From contig CAKVHC010000005.1 of assembly GCA_934747805.1 (NCBI GenBank), forward strand, positions 668 to 64,667: 64,000 nucleotides of DNA, written 5' to 3'. Each line of letters starts with the position of its first letter. Within the stretch, counting starts at the first letter, position 1. The notes under the pieces were generated by a model. It was not told the origin of the DNA. It worked only from the letters and a program-made list of their open reading frames with translations, and made no database searches. The position numbers and the translations under genes were made by a program. Positions 43,101-58,100 of this stretch are shown here, in pieces. This DNA is from an uncultured Clostridia bacterium. GTDB lineage: Bacteria > Bacillota > Clostridia > Christensenellales > UBA1242.

Positions 43101-46100
43101 TTAATTCCTCATAAGGGCGGCGAAGTGATTTTGCACATTTTCCCACACGACAGATGGATTTCTGCCACTGAATACGACCGAAATGGCCCAGTCATTGAAA
43201 TTGACATCAAAGTCAGCGACGGTGACAAGGTGCCTTATCAGATTGGTTCTGTTTCACAACTTTTGGCGATTGGCGAGAACGAAGAAACAATGAGCTACAA
43301 ATATGAGCTCGTTAGCGATATCAATCTAACATACAAAGGCGCAACAGCCGTTCTTCCAATAGGTAAGACGAAAAATGGCATTTTGGCATTCACTGGTTCA
43401 TTGTCTGGCGCTTACAAAATCAACAAAGACGACGGCAGCGTATTGTCTGTACAGTACTATTTGCGAAACCCAGTATTCACGTTGGAAAATAGCGGCACAG
43501 AAAGTTTTGCCGGACTATTTGCCCAAAATGACGGCATTCTCAGAAATATATATATTGACAACGCTCGTTTTGCTGTTTATGGTGCGGAAAACCAGGCAAT
43601 TACGCTAAATGACGTTACATTTACTAATTACTACCTTGCTGGGCTAGTCGGGAAGAATAACGGACAAATCATAGATTGTTATGTTGGTTTGGCACGCAAT
43701 GGCGTGGAAAACAGCGAAATCAAGTTTGACGTAACTGTAAACAAGGAATTTAACATTTATGCTGGCGGACTAGTCGCATACAACATGGGTTCAATCACTG
43801 CCAACTCAATTATGTCTTCAGGCGAGTTGAACCTTAGTGTCACCAAAAGTATTACTCAATCCAACCAAACAAGCGTATACCTTGGTGGCATCATTGGTCA
43901 GAACAAGGGCATAATCGACGGCAACTATCAGAGTGACTATCAGAGATATGCTCGTGAGTTTAATCCGAAACTCGCAGACTTTAATAACGGCAAATATTAC
44001 GTACTTGTTGACGGCGAATACACCAAGGCAAAAACTAACACTTCCGTTTATGATCCAAAAGCGACATATTATCGTCTTTCTGCAGGCGTGCTTGAATCAA
44101 ATAAGCGTGTCCTCAGCGAACATATCAGCACGGATATTGTGCTTAATGCATCAATAGCAACCGATTATAGTTACATTGGCGGCATTGCTGGATACAATAA
44201 CGGAATAATTGGCAATGTTAGTTTCAATGGGGTTATCGATTGTATATCCAACGGTAAAACATTGGTTGGTCGTGTTGGTGAAACTGTCACATCATTTGTA
44301 GGCGGTCTAGTTGGCTACAACAAGGGCAATGCCGAGAATGAGCAAGACATTTACAACAGCATTGCTATCGCTTGCCAAATCCTTACTGCAGACGAAAATG
44401 TCAACAACAAGACAGAAAAGCGTGACGGCGACGACATAGGCTTATATATGGGCGCTGGTGCTGTCGGCGGAGCAGTGGGTGGCAGCGAAAACAGCAAGTT
44501 GTACCTTGTTGGCACGCAGTTTATGACCACAATTGACGACGAGAACTACACGTCCATAACAGCGAATCAAGTTGTGGGTGGACTTATCGGCATATCAAAT
44601 GCTGACGAAATCAGCTATTGCTATGTGGAGAGTTTCTTCAAACAATACGCTGCTGGCGATTTGGCTAAGAGTGTTAATACAATGAATGATATCGCTTTGT
44701 ATGAAAATGCAGACGTTTCACTCACATCTCTAGCTAGCGGCTTTATCGCATCAGCGAATGATTCCAAAATTGACCGCAGTTTTGCTAAACTTAATGTGGC
44801 GTTCATCCCAAGCGATACTAGTGTCACTAATTCAGATATCCATTTAGCAGGCTTGTTGTCAGCAGGCAGCGCACAGATAACTAATAGTTATTTCAAAGGA
44901 AACCTTATCAATGCGGACAGCGATGCAGGTCTGCTCGCAAGTGCTTATGCAAGCGCTAATGTCGCATCTGTTTATGCAAAAGGTTATATCAACGCTCCAA
45001 GCTTTGATGCCGACAATTTGCAAGATAGTTATGCCTTCTTGGTAGTCGAAAAAGACGGAACATTGATTGAAAATGCAACGTCATATATGTTTGGTGATGA
45101 TTTCTCAGACTCAATCACGTCAAACAATGCCAACAACAACTACATTTGGTTCTACGACCCTAACGGCAGCGAATATAATGACGGTGACCCTGTTCAATGG
45201 TGCAACGGAGTGAAGTTTGCAACACTAATTCCAACAGCAATTCGCATTGAAATCAACGCAGACGAAGACGGAGCGATATATAAGAGCCAAGCCAACATAA
45301 ATGACGATAGCAAGAATCTTTTGGCAGGCTACAAATATGATGACAGCACAATGATATTGTTCTATCGCTCGTTCGTGGCTGGCAACGAATACGCCAACTA
45401 TATGCGTCTGAACGATTTAATCAGTGCAATAATTACTCCAGACCAAGCCAAAGCAGACATAGAGTACAAAATTGTTGACGGCAATATCGCTCGCATCAAC
45501 AAAGTGAATGGTTATAGTTGTGTGACTCTATCTACAACAGGCAAATTCACTTTGCGTGTGTATGCAATATACAATTCAGCACTTTACCAAGACATCACTG
45601 TTTATGTGACAAATGGTGTAAGCGAATATGATTTGTACAATACAACAGATACTAGCGCCAGCCAGAACAAGTTGGCTGATGGCAGAGTTCTCAGTCTAGC
45701 GACCGATTCTTCTACAATTTTCTCTTCAAAAGTTCGCTTTACTGACGGCAATGTTACTAACAATATTTACAACACCAATACTGCACTCTATCTAGACTTT
45801 GACGTCAATGCTGACGAAGAGATATTTACAATCAACGAACAATCTCCAAACAACAACTTCAAAGCAGATAAAAACTTGGCTATTAAGACGGTCTCTTCCG
45901 ATTCGGAAATTCTCAAAGATAGACAAGACAAGATAACGGCTGTAAAAGTTACGCCTTATATCGACTTGCATGAACTATTTGCAGACAACTTCGCAGCTGG
46001 CGAAAGAATTAAATTGTTGCCACTTGTTCGTGAATTTAATTTCCGTGTGTGCAAACGTGCAAGTGCAATCAACACAAACAATGTTCTTGCCATTGCTAGC

Positions 46101-49100
46101 GAATCAAGTAGATACGCCAGTCTAAACATTGAACTTGTGACCGACTATACGTCAAGCGTGTTGCCTACAATCGACACACTCACAAATGGCGAACAGTTGA
46201 ACGAAACTGATGCTTTGCGTTTGTCAATCAGTGCGGACGAAGATAGTCAGGCATTCGTTGACAAAATCATGTCGACCTATGGAGAGAAGAATGTTACAGA
46301 CTTGTTCGACATCTCGTGTGAAATCTTGCCTTCAGCGAACGGCATTATGTATAACGACTTGCGTATTCAACTGAAAGAAGATTATCGAGAGCTAGACAAC
46401 GAATTGCATTTCAATTTGCATTTCTGGGCAGACAGCAATGCCGACGTAACTAGTGATGTTGGATTGACAATTACTCCATCTAGCATAACTAAGATTGTTA
46501 TGAACCATTTTGCTGAAACAAGTGCCAGTCAGACGGTTGGCGGTTCGACAAAGCAAACCGTTCAATCCAATTCGGCAACGAATATGATTGTTCCTGGCAA
46601 ATCTGGCATTATGATGATCTCTGTCAACCCAATCTATGCGAATGTGGATTATTTCACAATTGAGTCATCACAAAACATTGGCTACAGCATCTCGTTTGAG
46701 CAAATGGTGAAAGTGGAAGGCAAGGACGAATACATAACATTGTTCCCACGTCCATCAGCACCAAATCTAGCAAAATATAGCACGATTGATGCTGACGGCA
46801 ATTTGAGTTATGATGGCAATCTATACGTTCGTACTATTTTGCCAACAATTGTGGCACGTGAGCTCAATTTTGAGGTGACAGTCAACGCATATTTAAACAC
46901 TAGTCCAACTAGTCTAAAAAGAGCAACTAAAACCCTGCTCACAGCGTATGTTCCAGAAATAAATCTGACAGTCGACCAAGATGACGCTGTCAGCGTATAT
47001 CTAATGGAACCTTTGTACACTGAAGATGGGACAAACAACGTCCTTGATGCAAGCGAAATGGATTTGTACATTCGCTACACCACCGAACGTGACGATGCTA
47101 AATATATATATAATGAAAAAGTGAAAGTTGACGAAAATGGCGAAATCACTTATAGAAATGAGACCGCCTATTATGTGCCTTTGCAAGAAGGTCAAGACGT
47201 CAACAGAGAGATGCTTTATGTCCGTCGTGAATATTTCTTGGTGGAAAATAATACATCAAACATTAGAATCAATATGGAAGTGGTCGGCTATGAATTTGGT
47301 AGTCCATCATATGATGCAAAATGGTTGGACACTCCAGATGAAGATGGCCAAGTTATTGCACAAGCACCAACGCTAGTACGCACTCAGCGTGGTGTATATG
47401 CCGGTTCATCCAGACTCACCATTATGGGCAACGAGTCAAATGTCGGCAAGCGTCTCAAACTTACTGCAAAGATCGAAGTTCTACGCAACGGCATTAGGAA
47501 AGATGCTGAAAAGGAACTGCGTTTCATAATAGTGGAGAACATTATTCGTCCAAGAAATGTGACAATCGGAAACCTAACTGACGACAACACTTTGTCATTT
47601 GCGATGGGCTCATCACAGTCGCTAGACATTGTATGGAAGACTGATACAGGCATTTTGAACAAAGAAAAGCAAGAGAAAATCAACCGCACTTTATACGACT
47701 GCATCGGTGGAGTGGGCACTGATTTCAATGCTGAAAGATTGGCAAACTTGTTCTATATTCGTCGCAACACAGTGTATGGCATAACCAATGACCCATTGAA
47801 ACTGGGCACGGATAGTAGCAGTCTATTCCGCATAAAAGAAAACTACACTAACCGTGAGTTTACTGGACTTACTATCATTGGCACTAGCCAAACTAACGGC
47901 ACAGTTCTCGGCTTTAAAGTGTACTACTATTATGACGAGAACTTAGAATTGAAGTTCACAACCGATTACGAAGCATTTAAAAACAAATATGTTCTAACGG
48001 AAATCAATTTTGAGTTTAATCTGTTGATTTACTACACATCAACTGAACAAGAACCTATTCCAATTTACACTGCAAGCCAGTTCAAGTCATATTTGTCTGC
48101 TACAGTCAGCGATACCAACACATCAAACACTAACTATATTTTGATGGCGGATATTGCTTTGGAAGATTACGAACCATTCAACGCCAACTTTAGCAGTTTG
48201 GACGGTAACGGCAAGGTGATAAAGATTTACAACTTCACACCTAGTGCACCAACTAGCGAATCTACCGCACGTGTGGGATTGTTCAAGACTGTTAGTGCCA
48301 ACACGATAATCAAGAACGTCACTCTCGACGTTTCAATGCTCAAGGACATCAACCTTGTAGCATACTCAGGTTACGAAGTGGGACTTTTGGCAGTCAGCAA
48401 CGCTGGTATTATTACCAACTGCGATGTGGTGGCTTTGAGATTGAATAGTTCAAACACGACTTCTTCACTCAAGACAATAAACATTCTTGCTCAACAATCC
48501 ACAACGACTGCACATTTCGGTGGATTAGTTGTCAACAACACGGGCAACATTACCAATAGCCGAATTGGTGTTCCATCATTTGTTTCATACATTATCAACT
48601 CCACAGATACCAAGACTGAAACGGATACTCAAACATATATCAGCAACGACATTTTGATCACTGGCGTGGGCGATATGGGTGGATTCGTATACAGCAACAG
48701 CGGAATTATCTCAAGCTCATATGTTCGTGGATTGAACTTTACTAACAATTCAACCGAACTCGACACGTCAAAGACCGCTGGATTTGTTGTCAACAATACA
48801 GGCAGAATATATTTCTCATACGTTCGTGGTTCGGGCGATGCCACTGTTGGTCGACCAAGAATGACGTCAACAAGCATCACCTCAAATGGCGATGTGGCAG
48901 GCTTCGTGTCCAAAAACTCAGGCTATATCGGTGACTGCTACGCAAATATCAAAGTATTCAGTGTAAGCAAGTTCACTGCAGGCTTTGTTGGTTCAAACAG
49001 TTCATCAATTGAAAGATGCTATTCAGCGTGCGACATTGAAAGCAATGCTCCACGTCAAACGCCATTCACTGGCACAAATATCTTGCACGAATTGCAAGAC

Positions 49101-52100
49101 AGCTCTAATGGCGGAATTGTGGATTGCTATTATCTGATTTTGAGTGGGGAGTCCTTCCCAATTGAAGATGACAGTGCCCATGATATGAGCATCAGCAGTT
49201 TCCAAATGGCAAATACGCTCAACAACTTCAACTTTGTCAACTCAACCAATGTTGACGAAGCAAAAGCAGGCATTTGGATCTATAACTTTGAAGACGAAAA
49301 TGCAAAGGTCAAAGAAAGTTACGTTCTACCAGATTTGACCAGCCCTAACGAAATTGCTAAATCTTTGAGATATCTCAACACCGAACTTACTGACGAACAA
49401 GGCAATGTCGTTGGTTATAGTTATCTTTACAACAAAGGCTACGAACTCGGTTCACAAATCAACCCATACATTATCCGTTACGCAAGCGAATTCAACAAGG
49501 TTTTCGCAGATGCATTGACGGCGGATGACAGCACTCAGATTGTTCAATCTTTGGCAAACGTGAGATTTGTGAGCGATATCGATTTCAAAGATGTCGGCAA
49601 CGAAGTCAAGACAAGAGAAAGAGTTGTTTTCTCTGGTCAGATTGACGGCAACGGAATGCAAATCAATGGCATCAACATCACCACCAACACAACAAACAAG
49701 GCCCTTAACAGTCTTGGTTTGTTCTCGAAAGTGATTAAGGCAAACACCATTGATGCTCGCACTCCAATCATTAAAAATATCACGCTCAACTACACAAAAT
49801 TGTCAGGCACAAGCACAGCGTATGTTGGGGGTCTAGCAGGCATAATCCGTGATTCGTATGTCATAAATGTTAACCTAACTGGTGGCATTGTCGTGCAAGC
49901 CTACAACTATGCAGGCGGCTTGGCAGGTATGATTACAGGCAAGTCACTCATAATGAATGTAAATTCAAACTTGAGTGTCAGTGTCGGCAACCACAACGAG
50001 ATCGTTGACCAATATGGTCATTACGTGCCTTACACATACTTTAGTTTTGAAGACTATTCACGCATCAACAGAAACTCAACACAAGAGTCTTATGAAAACT
50101 ATTTGACTACATTGTCTTACGCAGGTGGTTTGGCAGGCGTTATCGACCTTAAACTAGAAGAGGTCGAAACTCCAGCCGACCTAACACGACCAAATGTAAA
50201 TCTGGTTAAGATTAACGCAATCGCTAACAAAACTGGAATCACTAGTGTTGGCAGCAATGTCAGTGTCTTTGCCGATGTCGTTGGTGGTGTGGCAGGTTAT
50301 GCTGGCGTAAACACGTATATCAATTCAACCAAGTTCTATCTCAACACTGCATCAAATAATAATTCTATTCTTCAAGGATATTATAGCGTCGGTGGTTTGA
50401 TAGGCGAGAATCTTGGCAAACTTGCAGTCAGCGAACTGGTCTGCGACAACGATAGTCAACTCACTATCGACAAAGCAAACGGTGCATACATTCGTGGCGA
50501 AACTAACACAATCAGCGGTAACTATTTGGGTGCTAGAGGCAGCTATTTCGCAGGTGGCTTGATAGGTATCAACTATCAAGGTGCAGTGGAACACTGTCAA
50601 ACTCACTTGTCGCTATACGATTGCGACGCTCAATTTGTGGGCGGAATTGTAGGTGGCACGCTAGGTGGTGCGTTCAACACAATGTATACGGCTAGTGCTA
50701 TGCCAGTTTTGACCAAGGAAAACACTTATTCAGGCGGTTTTGCTGGCATCACATTTAACGCATTTAACAAAAACAAATTGCCAGTAGAAATGGCAAATAG
50801 CATTTGGCAGCAGTACATCAACAACTATATCAATGCTCAACCTAACTCATTGGTTGGCAAGATTAGTGTCGTGCTCAATCGTGTGGTTTGTGCACAGTAT
50901 TACGACCATGCAAAACTGACAGAACTCAATGCTAACGAACACAACGGTTCGTTCATTGGATACTCAGCTCTCACTCAAAAGCAAACCGAGACGGACAGTG
51001 TGTTCTCGTATAGAGGCTCTCAACTAGACACACTCTATGCTTCTTCAAACAAGCCAACCAATTGCTTTGTTGACGGCACATACTATTATGACGAAAACAA
51101 TAGCGTTGCATTTAATGAAATCGCTCATTTCGATCAGGAAGACGACATGTTCGATACAAAAATGTTGGATTTGAAGACAATGTCTATCGAAACATTGACC
51201 AACCGTGAGGAAGGTCACGAAGCTGATCAGCGTGCTGAATTCCAAAAAGTGTTCAGCGAATGGAGTCTAAACTACTGGACTGCTCTCGATGAAACCACAA
51301 TTTATCCAAGACTATTGCAAATCGGTTTTGGCAGCGTGATCGAGATTGACTCGGCCAGTGATTTAAAATACATTGACCAAAATCCATCCGGTTCGTTCGT
51401 CATAACTCGTGACATTAATATGAATGGTGTTGACTTGGAAGACTGCGTAATCAGACAGACTTTCACAGGACGACTCATTGGTTACAAAGAAGACGGCAGC
51501 GCTCCTACAATCTACAATATGAGCATGAAAGCGACCTCAAACGACCCTTCATGCTTGGCATTCTTCCACGAAATCAAGAATGCAACAATTAGCAATATCA
51601 ATTTCAGATACAAGAGCTTTAATGCCGACCAAAAAGGTGGCAATGTCGCAGGCGTAGTTGCAGTTGATTTAGGCGGTTCGACACTGTCGGAAATCACTGT
51701 TGGCTTCAATGGTAATTTCTCAAACTCCACTACACTCAAAGAATACGACATGACCCAAACATTAACTGCAATGAATGCTGGCAACGTGGGTGGTTTGGTG
51801 GCTGAAAGTAACGGCACCAACATTGTCAACTGTGAAGTGCGTATGAATATAAGTTCAGGCGCAGACAACACAGGCGGTTTGGTGGGCAGTGCACACACTG
51901 CTAGCAACTGGATCACTGCTGACGGATATGCACCAATTACAACTGTTGTAAGCAGCGTATACTTCGGCAACATTGACTGCACAACCGATAAGGCCGAAAA
52001 CACTAAGGCAATCGGCGGCTTGGTGGGCAAACTCACCAATGGTGCAATCAACAATTCTCGCACATATTTGTTGAAAGAAAACAACGAAATCGATAAAGAA

Positions 52101-55100
52101 AAAGTTGCTAATATTACATTCAATCAATGCTACACTGGATGCAACGAATTGTATGTTGGCGGACTTGTTGGTCAGGCTGTGGCAGATATCAGTCAAAACA
52201 AAGAATCAATTGGCTTTACAAATTGTGAAGTGTTAACCAACATCACAGCATTGACTAATGCACAACAAGGCCAGAACATTTACATTGGTTATGTTGTAGG
52301 TCACGCAACTAGTGCAAGCTTCACAACAATTACAGTTCACAAAGACTGCAAATTAAATGCTTCAAACGGCCTTACACTTAACGACCTGTATTATGGTGGC
52401 ATTAGTGGTTATGGATTTGACGTAACTATTAGTGAATCTACTATTCTATCGGAGATTACACTAAGTCGCATTAAGGCATTGACCATACACATGGGTGGTG
52501 CGTTTGGTCACATTATGAATAATGCAAGCAAAATCTCTGGCGTACTAGTGTCCAACACAATTTCTACTAAAGATTTGGTAGGAAAAGACGCAAAAATATA
52601 CGTAGGTGGTATTGTTGGTGAAACGACAGTAGAAACCAAAACTGACGGTGTTATTGCAGTTCGCACCTCAGCACACTTCGGCAAAATAAATATTGGAAAT
52701 TCAGAAACCGGAACATATTATGTTGGCGGAATTATCGGCTTTACTAATGGCGTGCAGATTGAAGCGTGCCAAACAGGTGCTGATATGATTATCGGCAACA
52801 TAAAAGACTACGAGATTGCAGGTATAGTCGGATATATATCAGCTAGTGATGCAAAACCTGTGACAATTACTCGTTGCATAATGTTGTCATATTTCAAGCT
52901 TTCCAACCAATTGGTTCGCTCAAATAATTACTCCGTTGAAAGCGGAGTAGACCCAATCTGTATGGGTAATGTAGGCGATAGCTCAACTGGCAATATCTAC
53001 AGTGCGGATTATAGTTTCATTGTTGCAAGACAAAACTATATCAAAAACAAGAATGATACTACAGGTTTCTTGACTAACATGCGTGCTGACCAATTGCTCG
53101 GCAAACTGACAAACAACGGCGTTGTGTTGTCATATGCAGTTAATGCGGCACTCAGCACAGATAAGACATCACTCAGCACAGATGATGCGTATGTTCTCAA
53201 TCGAGCAGATAGAAACAGCGTAGGTGGACAATCTAATGTTTACGCTATGGGTGCTTTGCCTAATAACAAATCAACTAGCTATGTAATGCCATATCTCATA
53301 ACTCTCGGTGAGAGAATGAGTGCGAATGAATTGTTTAAACATGGTTCAGTAATGAGGCCAAAAGTATTGACGGAAACTGATAATATCTTTACAGAAGAGA
53401 GTCAGATTTTTGTCGTATGGGATAATTTCACATTCAACGCAACTCCTGACAAACTCAACAGTCGAATTGTAGGCTGTGGCGTAACGTTTGAACTGGGTAG
53501 CAACTTTGTTCAAACTATTGGCGCTAGTGGTGCAATCTCAGGCGTGACATTCAGCGCGAAAGCCAACGTCAACGGAGTAAGGGTTTCCAACAACGGTGGC
53601 GTAATCGCCAACACAAACCAAGGTGTAATATTCGACTGCCATATGATTGACGAAATCACGATTGACAGTTCGACTATGACATCTGGCACAGACAAATTCG
53701 GTTGCGTGGTCGGTGTAAACAACGGCACAATCTTTGGATTTGGTAACGGTGCGAAATTCACACTCGGCAATGGCGCAAAACAATTCGTTTCGGGCATTGC
53801 TGTGACGAATAACGGCAGAATCGAAGGTTGCTATGTGACGGCAGACTTGACCGAAGTTGCACTCAACAATCCTAACACCGCAGGTTTGGTGCACACCAAT
53901 CTCGGTGTAATCTACAACACCTATTTCGCAGGTGCATTGAGTGGCGGCGGCACTCTTGACGACGCTCTCGTCCTAAATCAAAACATCCGCACTGGCGGAG
54001 AAACTTGCTTGGCGACTATGGATGTGTTTACGCACAATGACGAAAACGGCAAACAAGTCGGACAAGAAAAAAATGTATACGTAGACTACTATGCTAACTG
54101 CAAAACAGGAGAACTAAGTACAACTACTACAACAAGAGCATTGTTTGAAAATGGTGGCGATGCTACACAACTGTTAGTCGGCAATATTTGGGCAACTCAG
54201 AGATATATTGGAAATGAAGCAACCAAAGGTCATTACGGTAATCTACAAAACGTTGGTAACACAATAATCGTTAACCTAAACTATGGTTATCCAATTATCA
54301 ATATTGGAACAAGGATTTACAATTACAAAGATGTCGATCCGGATAGCAGCGGCTGGATAAAAGATGAAGATAGTCAGTATAAGTATATAGGTCGTGAGTC
54401 TGGTGATGGTTCTAACAAAAATCCTATTGAAATTATCAATCTTGGCGTGATGGACTACACTCGCAGCTTGTACTCGAACACAAACGTCAAAGAATACAAA
54501 CTCACTCGCAACATTGTGATTGCGAACAACTCGACATATTCATTGTCAAATTATTGGAGCAAAAATGCTGACGATAACGACAGCTCGTATTATGGTGCTA
54601 CGACAACATTCAAGCAGATATTTAATGGCAATGAAAAAATAATCTTCAACCTGTATGGTGGAGCATTATTCAACACGTTGGAAGAAAAGACAGAAAACAA
54701 TACTCAAGTTGGCGGAATAATTAGCGATGTCAATTTGTTCAACTCATACTCTGGTGACTCAGGCAAGACTGTTTCAGGCGGCTTGGTTGGTAAACTGACA
54801 TCAGGCACAGTGCAAAAGGTGAATGTTTATGGTGTGATCAATGCATCGGCTGCAATTGCTAACACAATGAGTGGCGGCACTATCACAGAATGCAAAATTC
54901 TTGCAGATCAGATCTCTGGCAACGAATCGACAGGTGGTGTGGTGCACACTATTTCTGGAGGTCGAATTACAAAATGTCAAGTAAGTGGTGCTGACAATCA
55001 AATTGAACCTAAGATTATTGGTGTTAAAGTTGGTGCTGCAGGTCTAGCATATTCGGCAACTGGCTCGGCAGTGTTGCAAGACAACACAGTTTCAGGTGTA

Positions 55101-58100
55101 ACAATTCAAGCTGTCAGTGGCTTCACTGCGGGTGCAATAGCCAAATGCGATGCTAAGACAGTGGCGGAAGCGACGGACACAGATAAGTATGTTTTGTACA
55201 ATAACAAAATCAGCGCTACTGTTGCAGGTGGCGGACATGTCGCAGGTTTGGTCGGACAACTTAGTGGCGGCAACATCGACAGCAATCACGCAACTGATGA
55301 TAACGCAAAGATTGCACTACAAGGCACAGCTGCAACTTCTATTCTGGGTGGTCTAATTGGTCAATCGAACAGAACTGTAAACGGAACTGCAAAAGTAACT
55401 AACAACAAAGTCACACTTGGCATTGCTACTGGTGATAATGGTAATAATGCGGATAGTAAGAACAAACGTTTCGGTGGTTTACTTGGTGAAGACTTGAAAG
55501 AAATAACCTTTGAAGGCAACACAATTTCAGGCAAATTTGAGATGAACAAGAATGAAACTAGCAACGAAAGTATTTCGGGCGGTTTGACAAGCATTCCTGT
55601 AGCTTCAAAATTTAAAGACAACACAATTAGTTTGACAATTACAGACTTCTCTGCAAATCAGAGCAGTGCAATGGGTGGATACTTTGGCAAAGTTGGTAGT
55701 GACTACAGCCTCAGTGATAGCGCAACACAAACAACTGACAACACACCAGTTGTGTTCGATGGCGATGGCAATACATCCAATGTCCCTAACTATACGAACA
55801 CCAACTTGCTAACTGCCAAGGCTCAATTCCAAGGCGTGTTCAATGTTGGTCTACAAGTGGGATATATGACCGCTTGGAACCGTGCAGCTTTGGATTCTAC
55901 GAGTAGCAATGTTAACAAGAGTACTATTGCCATCGGATTTAAGAATGTGGGCGGTATGGTTGGTAAGATTGAAAAACATACGGAGACGATTTCAAATCTG
56001 GAAAGTAAAGGCATTATCAAATCCATGTCTAAAATGATTAATGGCGAGAGTGCTCCATCCAACTTTGGCGGATTGTTCGGTGCTATCAATGATAAGAGCA
56101 AGGTTACACTTAGCAATTTGACGAACGGATGCAACATTGAAACTCTAGGCACTGAGATAGATTCACACGCCAATTTGGTTGGCGGTATTGTCGGCAAACT
56201 TGGCGCAGTGCCAAAATACTACTCAGCTAAGAAATCCACAGTCAACTCAGAAGTGAAATTTGGCGGCGAAAGCGGTTATGACACTCAGGAATACACGATT
56301 GAAAATTGCGCATCTACAGCAAAAATTCAAGGTAAATATTATGTGGGCGGCATTGTTGGTTCATTAGCAACGCAAGGCGCAGAATTAAGCCTTAACAGTT
56401 TGGAATCTAGTGGCGAAGTTAAAGGCTACGGTGTAGTCGGCGGCATTCTTGGCTTGACCTATACACCAGGTGATAAAGACACAACTTTGAAAATCGCAAA
56501 ACTTACCAATCAGGCCAAATTGGATATTGTAAACGTTAACGACGGCGGAGATTACTTTGGCGGAATTACAGGCACAATATTCAGCACAAATCGTATACTT
56601 TACACTTCAGTTAAGACCGGTGAAGACGGCAACGAAACTAAGGTTTGCGACTTCGATGGCTTGACAAATAGCGGTAAGATTATTGGCGGTAACTACACGG
56701 GCGGATTGTTCGGTAAAATCGTTTCCACTAGCGGCAGTATCAAAGGTTTCGTAGGCGTTGCGGCTGGAGGCAATGTGACCGGTAAGGATTACGTCGGTGG
56801 CATAATGGGCGAATATACAATCGACCCTAACTTGCCAAATGGCACTGTATTTACAATCTCGGACATAACTTCGGGAGGAACACGCAAAGGTCAAAACTAC
56901 GTCGGCGGATTGTTCGGCAGACTTGACTTAACAGGTTATGAATACAACGAAAACGGCGAACTACAAGAAGTCGGTTTATATACTAAAAATATCTATGCAA
57001 GGATTAGTAATATAACCAATAATGCAATTATTGAAAAAACTGCGAAAGGTGATGAGTATATTGGTGGCATTATAGGTGAACTTGATGCACACAACGCTAT
57101 AGTAGATATTACTCCACTAAACGATGGTGAAAAATCATTGATTAACACTAGAGCAGTTAGTGGCGGCGGCTATACTGGTGGCATATTTGGCAATGTAAAA
57201 CTAAATAACGAAATTACAGTCAATAAGCAAGATGCGGCTGGAAATGTCGTAGAAGAAAATTTCCATTCAACAATTACAGACCTGCATAACACAGGTACGA
57301 TTACAGGTACAGCTGATTATGTGGGTGGCGTAATAGGATATCTAAACTACACGGACAGTAAAGCTGTTGGTTATACAGTTTATAACCTTGTAAACGGTGG
57401 TGTAGTTAATGCATCAGATGCAAGCAATGTAGGCGGTATCTTTGGCAGCGTTAAGAACTATAACATCTACGGCATAAGTGAAGAAAGTATTGATAAACAA
57501 TACACTAAACAGATATTCAAAAATACAGCTTCAGTAAAAGGCAGATCCAATGTGGGCGGAATTATTGGATATACTGCAAATGATGTGTCTAACCTAAATG
57601 GTAAGTTGCTTCCTGGAAGCTACGGCTATAATGTTTTATATGAAGTAGACAATGTTGGCAATTTAGTCGTTAATTCAACTGGAGAAAAAGCGGGAATTGG
57701 TGCAAATATTTCGAACACGGGTTCCGTTACTGGTAAAAACGGCGGAAACAATGTTGGTGGGTTCATTGGTTGTGTAACTAGTGACCCTAATGGCAAAGTA
57801 CAAACTAGCGGCAAAATAGATTATTTGTTCGCTACATCCGAATTAGAAGTGCATGGTGGAACAAACGTAGGTGGCGTAATTGGATATTATAACTGTCCAA
57901 ACGATTCATATTTAACATTTACTTCACGTTCAAATATGGTTGAAGGTGGCAGTAATGTCGGTGGACTAATTGGTCGATTTAAATTAACTACCTCAAACGC
58001 TCCTAAGTTCATAAATAAACTTACATATGTTGGCAATGGAACTATTTCAGGTGAAAAATCTGGAGAATATGTTGGCGGTTTAGTAGGATATATCGAGACT

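Noticed and set aside
51512-52123. A 203-aa antisense ORF and many other 60-140-aa ORFs overlap the giant gene in other frames or on the other strand.
   Set aside because: They have no RBS and their composition is low-complexity. They are explained by the repetitive GGT/GGC/GTT codon content of the GLUG repeats, which keeps alternative frames open. The same reasoning applies to the antisense ORFs inside tex, virD4, virB4, mfd and others.
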